Virus record (IMG/VR): IMGVR_UViG_3300047457_000456
Coordinates: 1-63,323 of that record
Reading direction: 5' to 3' (one strand)
Origin: a virus
Taxonomy: Duplodnaviria; Caudoviricetes
DNA length: 63,323 bases
Shown: positions 58,125-63,323 of the stretch, piece by piece
Layout: each line of letters begins with the position of its first letter
Position numbering within the stretch: the first letter of the stretch is position 1
Program-made: the position numbers and the translations under genes
Notes under the pieces: generated by a model
The model's input: the letters and a program-made list of their open reading frames with translations, nothing else
What the model was told of the DNA's origin: nothing
The model's database searches: none

Positions 58125-58402
58125 TACTTTCTTTTAATACCAAGCATTTGTCTCATTGACGATGGCTTCTTGTAGCCCGGCATCAATTCACGTGGAACTC
58201 GATCGCCTGTTTTTAAACCGATTGCCGACGCACCCGTTGTTGGCTCTGCTGATGATGGCTTTGGAGCTGGCTTAGCTTTTGGTTTTTGCTTTGGGCTACC
58301 ATATCCCATTTCCGCATATGGGACCTTGTCACCAGTTTTCAAACCAAGTGCAGCAGCACCAGTTGTAGGATCCGATGTCGAACTCTTTTTACCTTTTTGC
58401 AT
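58124..58402 (-). CDS. Small basic protein with internal duplication
   Basis: PTTGA.A.GLKTGD.VP twice; GGAGG RBS. Confidence 0.75.
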   Translation of the reverse strand: MQKGKKSSTSDPTTGAAALGLKTGDKVPYAEMGYGSPKQKPKAKPAPKPSSAEPTTGASAIGLKTGDRVPRELMPGYKKPSSMRQMLGIKRK

Positions 58403-58414
58403 TACAAGCCTCCA

Positions 58415-58663
58415 CTAACAATTCCACGCACGTAAAGATTTATTGATTCTGCTATTTGGATCGTTAGCCGTTTTAGCAGATGTGCGACTACGTTTCATGC
58501 CCTCCATGCGAGCACAAAATGATTTACGCCTACCAGCATCTTTAGCCGTCTTTGGATTTGGAGCTGGTGGTTTTAAGTTAGAACCTGTAGTGCGGTTAAA
58601 GTGCGCTCGTCCAGCAGCATTTAATCCACCTTTAGGGTTTTGATACTTTTTTATAACGCCCAT
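58415..58663 (-). CDS. Small basic phage protein (DUF6321-like)
   Basis: NPKGGLN..GR, RRKSFCARM, SLRAW.C. Confidence 0.75.
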   Translation of the reverse strand: MGVIKKYQNPKGGLNAAGRAHFNRTTGSNLKPPAPNPKTAKDAGRRKSFCARMEGMKRSRTSAKTANDPNSRINKSLRAWNC

Positions 58664-58720
58664 GTAGTACCGCCAATGTTCACAAGTTAATGCATAATAC
58701 TATAACTAGTCAACACTAAC

Positions 58721-58737
58721 ATTACTTACAGTACAAT
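58721..58737 (+). promoter_or_regulatory. Phage promoter/operator motif (leaderless LuxR-type gene)
   Basis: ATTACTTACAGTACAAT ending 6 nt before ATG 58744. Confidence 0.7.
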
Positions 58738-58743
58738 GTAAAC

Positions 58744-58950
58744 ATGCATCAATTGACCAAACGCGAAAAAGAGGTCATTATTGCAATAGGCAATAAAATG
58801 ACCTCTAAACAAATAGCTACCACATTGGATTTAAGTCCACGCACAATCCATGCCTATCTAGAGAATATCTATTGGAAGCTTGGGGTTAGTGGGCCAAGGG
58901 CTAGATATGAAGCATATGCAGTAGCTCTTAAGAACAATTTACTAGACTAA
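58744..58950 (+). CDS. Stand-alone LuxR/GerE-type HTH regulator
   Basis: LTKREKEV......MTSKQIA..LDLSPRTI..Y..NIY.KLGV. Confidence 0.9.
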   Translation: MHQLTKREKEVIIAIGNKMTSKQIATTLDLSPRTIHAYLENIYWKLGVSGPRARYEAYAVALKNNLLD

Positions 58951-59342
58951 TCTGCAAACGGATCATCAATGTCATCTACCTGCAATGCGCCAGCAGGGCG
59001 TGGATTAGGTGGTGTTACTTGTGCATCTTGCTCCTTGCGTGAGTCAAGTAACGTCCATTGATCAATAAGAACTTTTAACCCCTGTCGCTTTACACCATCT
59101 TTATCTGTGTAGTTATCAATCTGTATCTTGCCTGTGATTGCAATAAGGCGACCCTTCTGCGCGTATGTACTTAATGCATCAGCCGTCTGTCCAAATGCTG
59201 TACAACTAAAGAAATCTGTTTCTTTCTCGCGTCCCTTGCGATCCACAGCAATGCGAATATTGCACAATCCCTTACCGTTGCTAGATTGTTTATGCTCCGG
59301 ATCTGCAACAAGACGGCCAATTAATGTAACATGATTCAACAT
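58947..59342 (-). CDS. ssb: Single-stranded DNA-binding protein
   Basis: LNHVTLIGRLVADPE, IAVDR, KGRLI.I.G, acidic DDPFAD tail; start revised. Confidence 0.95.
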   Translation of the reverse strand: MLNHVTLIGRLVADPEHKQSSNGKGLCNIRIAVDRKGREKETDFFSCTAFGQTADALSTYAQKGRLIAITGKIQIDNYTDKDGVKRQGLKVLIDQWTLLDSRKEQDAQVTPPNPRPAGALQVDDIDDPFAD

Positions 59343-59360
59343 ATTGTTTTCTCCGTATGC

Positions 59361-59377
59361 ATTATACCGTAGGTAAT
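59361..59377 (-). promoter_or_regulatory. Phage promoter/operator motif upstream of ssb
   Basis: ATTACCTACGGTATAAT on - strand. Confidence 0.75.
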
Positions 59378-59393
59378 ACACAGGAGGTGTACA

Positions 59394-59603
59394 TTGAGCA
59401 TTGTTTCTGCGTTTCTTAAGAAGTTGTCTGGTGGTGCTGTCCCTGAGATTGATCTATCTAAGTACCCACTTGCCCAGTTAATTATTGAGGGGCAGTTTAA
59501 AAGCCTTGTTAAAAATCTGTCTGATGACGACTTGTCTCAAGCATTTTCAATGATTGCCATTGAGCTGCGTCGTCGCAAGCGTGAGTCTAAAACAAAAGTA
59601 TAA
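59394..59603 (+). CDS. Hypothetical protein
   Basis: AGGAGGT RBS with TTG start. Confidence 0.65.
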   Translation: MSIVSAFLKKLSGGAVPEIDLSKYPLAQLIIEGQFKSLVKNLSDDDLSQAFSMIAIELRRRKRESKTKV

Positions 59604-59621
59604 TCGCAATGGAGGTGTGTT

Positions 59622-59771
59622 ATGTTACGACAAATGATTGAACAAGGTATGTATAAGGGTAAGACCAAGATGAAGCAGGGAATGTCCAAGGGTATGAAGA
59701 AGGGCAAGTCAGTTCCTCGCAAAGAAGAAAAAGCTTGCCCGTATTGCAAATCTAAACCTTGCAAGTGCTAG
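59622..59771 (+). CDS. Small basic Cys-tailed protein (49 aa, not in ORF track)
   Basis: GGAGGT RBS; MLRQMIEQG...ACPYCKSKPCKC. Confidence 0.65.
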   Translation: MLRQMIEQGMYKGKTKMKQGMSKGMKKGKSVPRKEEKACPYCKSKPCKC

Positions 59772-60043
59772 TGACTAGCGTCAATTTCTAACGGCGTTAT
59801 TTCACTTGATAGAAGCCCAGATGCAAATTCCTGTAACTTCTGGGCTTTATGTCTATCTTTAAACAATGCTGCTCCAAGAAACCATATTGCTTTGAGTATG
59901 TCATTGTTATATGTGTTACCCGGCTTATCTCCAGCTCGTTCAATATACTTGACTGCTGAGAACTCTTCTGGTGTAAGATCCCATTCCCATGCAACCTCAA
60001 TTGCTTGAATGCGGTGCTTGCCATAATGCCTATTATCAATCAC
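59768..60043 (-). CDS. DUF3310/SaV-like protein
   Basis: HY....IQAIE...VKYI.RAG.K....D..KAIWFL. Confidence 0.8.
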   Translation of the reverse strand: MIDNRHYGKHRIQAIEVAWEWDLTPEEFSAVKYIERAGDKPGNTYNNDILKAIWFLGAALFKDRHKAQKLQEFASGLLSSEITPLEIDASH

Positions 60044-60516
60044 TAATAATCACCAGTGCTTCCAAATCCACCTGCGCCACGTTGCTTAGGCGCAGTGTCT
60101 ACATCAAATAAAGTTCCTGTACGTACATCTACAGGCTGAACAATAGCCACAGGAGCAAGTACTAGTTGAGCAATCGCCATTCCATTCAGGACAATAAATT
60201 CTTCCTGCGATGCGTTTTGTAGGATTACTTTGATGTTCCCTTGGTAGTCACGATCAATAGTTCCGGGTGAATTAAGTACAAATAACCCGTATTTGTACGC
60301 CATTCCAGAGCGTGATCGCACTTGCGCTTCATATCCTTCCGGGATTTTAATTGCCCATCCAGTGTCAATCAGTGCTCTTGCACCCGGTTTAATTACAACG
60401 CGCTTGTCAATGTAGGCCTTCAGGTCTAACCCACTGGACAAATCTGTTTTACGAATAGGAAGTACGCCTTCTCCTTCTTTTCCATTCCAAATAAACTCAA
60501 CTTGCAGCATTCGCAC
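60043..60516 (-). CDS. dut: Trimeric dUTPase
   Basis: GLDL, RSRSG, PGTIDRDYQG, IAQLV, RGAGGFGSTG motifs. Confidence 0.97.
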   Translation of the reverse strand: MRMLQVEFIWNGKEGEGVLPIRKTDLSSGLDLKAYIDKRVVIKPGARALIDTGWAIKIPEGYEAQVRSRSGMAYKYGLFVLNSPGTIDRDYQGNIKVILQNASQEEFIVLNGMAIAQLVLAPVAIVQPVDVRTGTLFDVDTAPKQRGAGGFGSTGDY

Positions 60517-60748
60517 TGCTCATTTCTTCAAGTTTTTCAACAAGCTCGCCAATAACGTGGTTTTGAAAGTCAATAAACCACTTGTTTGGAACCTTAACTC
60601 CGGATCGCATGGCTGTTGTCAGGTAAGAAATTGCTCCAATGTTCTCACACGTTGTTGTTGTTCCGTTTTTATCTGTAATTACGTAGCCTTTTGAAGGTGT
60701 AAGCTCTACAGAAACATCACTATCGCGACCAATACGCAGCATATACAT
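60497..60748 (-). CDS. Hypothetical protein
   Basis: ORF between thyX and dut. Confidence 0.65.
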   Translation of the reverse strand: MYMLRIGRDSDVSVELTPSKGYVITDKNGTTTTCENIGAISYLTTAMRSGVKVPNKWFIDFQNHVIGELVEKLEEMSSANAAS

Positions 60749-60753
60749 GTTAA

Positions 60754-61413
60754 TTACTCTAACCCTTTCACTTCATCATCTGTCATGTGGTACTTTTCAA
60801 ACGCACCAGTAGTCACAGGTAGTACTTCTTTCAGTACGTTCCAGCAATCTGTGGCAATTTCCCTGTGTTCTGCCTGTGTGTGTGGTGTCATGCGCACTCT
60901 ACAGTAATGCATCCAGTCACGCACGGTGCCCTTCATATACAGTCGAGTTCCTACACACATGGGTAATATCAACCTAGCAGACTCTAGGGCAACGCCGCTA
61001 TCTACAAGGTCCTGATATGTACGCACTGAGTAAAGAACGGATGCCAATGCCTTGTTATCCATAGAAAATTGCATTTCAGGGTCTGTGTAAGGCAAACTAC
61101 TTTGCCTATTGCTGGCACCCTTCTTACGCATCTTTGGTAAATCCATTTCAATCTTAGATGGATCAGCATAACGTTGGCTGAATTCTTGAAAATGAAAGCT
61201 TCTATGGCGAAGTATTTGAGCTGACACAGCTCTGGACGTATAAATCTCCATAACTACGTCAACCATTTCAAACACAGACCAGTGTCCATGTTTCATGCAG
61301 TAGGTTAATAACCGCTCATACTCTGGATTGTCTTGATTGTCAGAGGATACACGTGCAACGTGAATCATAAACTGTTCTGCATCGGGCTGAATATACTTAA
61401 GTGTTGCTGCCAT
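60754..61413 (-). CDS. thyX: Flavin-dependent thymidylate synthase
   Basis: HWSVFE, QILRHRSFHFQEFSQRY, AR..LP, Q.EHR; start revised to 61413. Confidence 0.95.
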   Translation of the reverse strand: MAATLKYIQPDAEQFMIHVARVSSDNQDNPEYERLLTYCMKHGHWSVFEMVDVVMEIYTSRAVSAQILRHRSFHFQEFSQRYADPSKIEMDLPKMRKKGASNRQSSLPYTDPEMQFSMDNKALASVLYSVRTYQDLVDSGVALESARLILPMCVGTRLYMKGTVRDWMHYCRVRMTPHTQAEHREIATDCWNVLKEVLPVTTGAFEKYHMTDDEVKGLE

Positions 61414-61424
61414 CTCTTCTCCCA

Positions 61425-61505
61425 TACCCCAGACGGGACTCGAACCCGTACACCTTGCGGTAACAGATTTTAAGTCTGTCGTGTCTACCATTCCACCACC
61501 GGGGC
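61425..61505 (-). tRNA. tRNA-Leu(UAA), CCA not encoded
   Basis: GCCCCGG/CTGGGGT acceptor, TGGTA D-loop, ACAGA-CTTAAAA-TCTGT anticodon arm, long variable arm, ACGGG-TTCGAGT-CCCGT. Confidence 0.93.
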
Positions 61506-61512
61506 CTGACCT

Positions 61513-61529
61513 ATTATACCGTAGGTAAT
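61513..61529 (-). promoter_or_regulatory. Phage promoter/operator motif upstream of tRNA-Leu
   Basis: ATTACCTACGGTATAAT; -10 ends 7 nt before tRNA +1. Confidence 0.75.
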
Positions 61530-61631
61530 TATGATAGAATATGGGCAAGACGCGATGAAAACTTAAAAGTCCGCCCATCATGCCTAGAGAATTTTAAGTC
61601 GAGCGAATTATAAGCCCCTTCACAGAGGGGT

Positions 61632-61853
61632 TTATTCTTTTTTGACTTCTTCTATTTCAATGTTAGGTAATTTACTGAGTTGCCATAGTGTGTAGTACTT
61701 AGCAAACTCAGCCTTTTCCATACCTTCTGGATCTACGTCTTTAATGCGTAGCCATTCACGCATTTCCCTATAGCGTATATACGCCATAAGGGTCTCATAC
61801 ACATAGATGCATGCTGACGTAGCTGCAATGCCAAGTAGAAATCCATAGATCAA
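61632..61853 (-). CDS. Small membrane-anchored protein
   Basis: N-terminal hydrophobic helix; TTGA coupling. Confidence 0.65.
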   Translation of the reverse strand: MIYGFLLGIAATSACIYVYETLMAYIRYREMREWLRIKDVDPEGMEKAEFAKYYTLWQLSKLPNIEIEEVKKE

Positions 61854-62233
61854 TCTGTAACCTCTGCTACTGCAGTCACTTTTTTGCGCTTAGTACCACC
61901 AAAGTATTCGTAAGATCCCATTGTTTTCATTACTTCTACATTTAGCGTTGATGGAGACCTGTCTGTTTTTACGTGTACTAATCGTCGTCCGTACTTATCT
62001 GCTTTTTGTAGTACTTGAATGCTAAATCGTTCAGCTGTATTTTGCCTTGATGTAAACCATTCTTTTGCTGTTTCCGCAGCTGCCTTACCTTCTTCAGTGT
62101 TTTTCTCTGGTGTATCCACGCCAAAGAGACGACAGTGCTGATCCACAAGCCAGATACCAAAGCCAAGATCAATATCGCAAACGAAAGTATCTCCGTCGAT
62201 GAGTCGCTTAAAACGAATGCCATATTCATACAT
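61850..62233 (-). CDS. Thermonuclease (SNase-like)
   Basis: IDGDT...DLGF...RL.GVDTPE...DKYGR.L. Confidence 0.9.
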   Translation of the reverse strand: MYEYGIRFKRLIDGDTFVCDIDLGFGIWLVDQHCRLFGVDTPEKNTEEGKAAAETAKEWFTSRQNTAERFSIQVLQKADKYGRRLVHVKTDRSPSTLNVEVMKTMGSYEYFGGTKRKKVTAVAEVTD

Positions 62234-62619
62234 TAACGATGCCTAGCCGCCTTCTTTGCAATAGTTTTAGGTTGTGCTACGAACTGTTTACCTGCGCGGT
62301 TACCAGCTGCTTTTGCTCTATTGGTGGCTGCTACCTCGCCCTTTGTTAATGAACCCCAAGCCTTATCTGGTAAGTACCGCTTCTTGCCTTCACTGGGAGT
62401 GCCATCACTAGTACGCCACTTTTGGTCTGTCCATTTAGCTAGACTATTATCACTAGTCTTAGGGCCAACATATGTGCCACCAGATTTCTTGTATTGCTGT
62501 GTAGCAAGCTGTGCTTTACGAGCAGACCATTCGCCGGGATCGCCACCTTTAGTCCCAGCTTTTACACTAGCGACGATGCGTTTCCATTTAGCTGGATCTC
62601 TTTTGGTTGCTGTAGCCAT
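62233..62619 (-). CDS. Small basic phage protein (DUF5872-like)
   Basis: WSARKAQL...YKK.GG.Y...SL.KW..QKW...YLP; TATAAT 5 nt before ATG. Confidence 0.75.
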   Translation of the reverse strand: MATATKRDPAKWKRIVASVKAGTKGGDPGEWSARKAQLATQQYKKSGGTYVGPKTSDNSLAKWTDQKWRTSDGTPSEGKKRYLPDKAWGSLTKGEVAATNRAKAAGNRAGKQFVAQPKTIAKKAARHR

Positions 62620-62633
62620 ACGCCATTATAACC

Positions 62634-62668
62634 AAAAAAAGCCAACGTAGGAGTCGTTGGCTTTCTTT
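62634..62668. terminator. Intrinsic terminator (potentially bidirectional)
   Basis: A7-GCCAACG-TAGGAGT-CGTTGGC-TTTCTTT. Confidence 0.75.
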
Positions 62669-62766
62669 GTATGCAGAGTTTGCGTATGTCGGGCAGTAAG
62701 CTGGAGTCTTCTGCTTTCTATACATGCTCACCTTTCAGTGGCACGTTAGTATAACATATTACTGTC

Positions 62767-63048
62767 CTACTTTTTCTTGGCCTTTGCAGCAGCTTGTCGC
62801 CTATTATATTGATAAGTGTTTTCATTTTCCTTGTACGCTGCAAATCCTTGTGGATCATAATTTCCACCAAGCGCTGTATGCCCATATGCATTTTGCTTAT
62901 ACTGTTTGTCTGCTGCATCAATCTTCTTGCGCAGCTCTGATGTTCGGTCAATACTTTTCATAAGACCAGCAACTTGGTCACGGCCATAAGCCTTTTTACT
63001 ACCTGTGGCCATTTGTTTCTGCAAATCAGCGATATTGTCTTTTGGCAT
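62767..63048 (-). CDS. Small basic protein
   Basis: GAGGT RBS before ATG 63048 (MPKDN); start revised. Confidence 0.7.
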   Translation of the reverse strand: MPKDNIADLQKQMATGSKKAYGRDQVAGLMKSIDRTSELRKKIDAADKQYKQNAYGHTALGGNYDPQGFAAYKENENTYQYNRRQAAAKAKKK

Positions 63049-63090
63049 AACGTTTACCTCAGCGTAAGTGTACACCAACATAGCATGGCA

Positions 63091-63133
63091 AAGCCACCGT
63101 ACCGGAGAAAGAGAAAGGACGATACGGCGGCTT
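63091..63133 (-). ncRNA. 14-bp hairpin with 15-nt pure-pyrimidine loop (candidate antisense sRNA/leader)
   Basis: AAGCCGCCGUAUCG-UCCUUUCUCUUUCUC-CGGUACGGUGGCUU; two G-U pairs work only on the - strand. Confidence 0.6.
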
Positions 63134-63172
63134 CACACCTGCCGAACGTTTGCATGCATAGCAGGTACAAGG

Positions 63173-63189
63173 ATACTACCGTAAGTAAT
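63173..63189 (-). promoter_or_regulatory. Phage promoter/operator motif at start of the leftward arm
   Basis: ATTACTTACGGTAGTAT. Confidence 0.65.
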
Positions 63190-63323
63190 AGTATGTGTCA
63201 AGACGAGCTGTAGTAGGTGGGGAGATTATTTCTGTGTCGGGAGAAGTTATTTGGAAGAAAGAGTTTATGGGTAGTGGTGGCCCCAACGGGTCGGATAGGA
63301 GGGGGGCAGGGGCTTGCCGGGTG

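Noticed and set aside
61414-61581. N-terminal extension of ThyX in the ORF track
   Set aside because: Runs through the tRNA-Leu gene; ATG 61413 has its own RBS
1-63323. Diversity-generating retroelement, retron, integrase/repressor module or stop-codon recoding
   Set aside because: No reverse transcriptase or recombinase motifs; genes are intact under the standard code, with TAA, TAG and TGA all used as stops

Overview
The window looks like an essentially complete ~63.3 kb tailed dsDNA phage genome. The first 13 nt recur as the last 13 nt, so it is circularly closed or terminally repeated. The + strand arm (461-18282) carries about 35 small early genes and then a recombination/replication module (VRR-NUC, Rad52/Sak-like, Gam-like, LmbU-like, HTH initiator, loader, DnaB). 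The - strand arm (63048 to 18262) carries nucleotide-metabolism genes (thermonuclease, tRNA-Leu(UAA), ThyX, dUTPase, SSB), small basic proteins, TerS/TerL, portal, scaffold, major capsid, two adaptors, holin, a duplicated three-gene fibre/decoration cassette, a nozzle-like protein, ejection proteins including a 3741-aa giant, and a CHAP endolysin. I saw no integrase, DNA polymerase, RNA polymerase or tape measure, which fits a lytic podovirus-like phage. The most unusual signal is non-coding. Early gene junctions are punctuated by two families of covarying structured RNA elements: four anticodon-less mini-tRNAs (acceptor-like stem, T-arm, D-loop-like CTGG) and up to seven H-type pseudoknots, nearly all lying between a stop codon and the next RBS. 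Other signals are a six-copy palindromic promoter motif (ATTACYTACRGTAnnnT), a candidate CU-loop antisense RNA complementary to early/middle RBSs, and apparent CCWGG avoidance. All family names come from motif recognition by eye, not from database searches.
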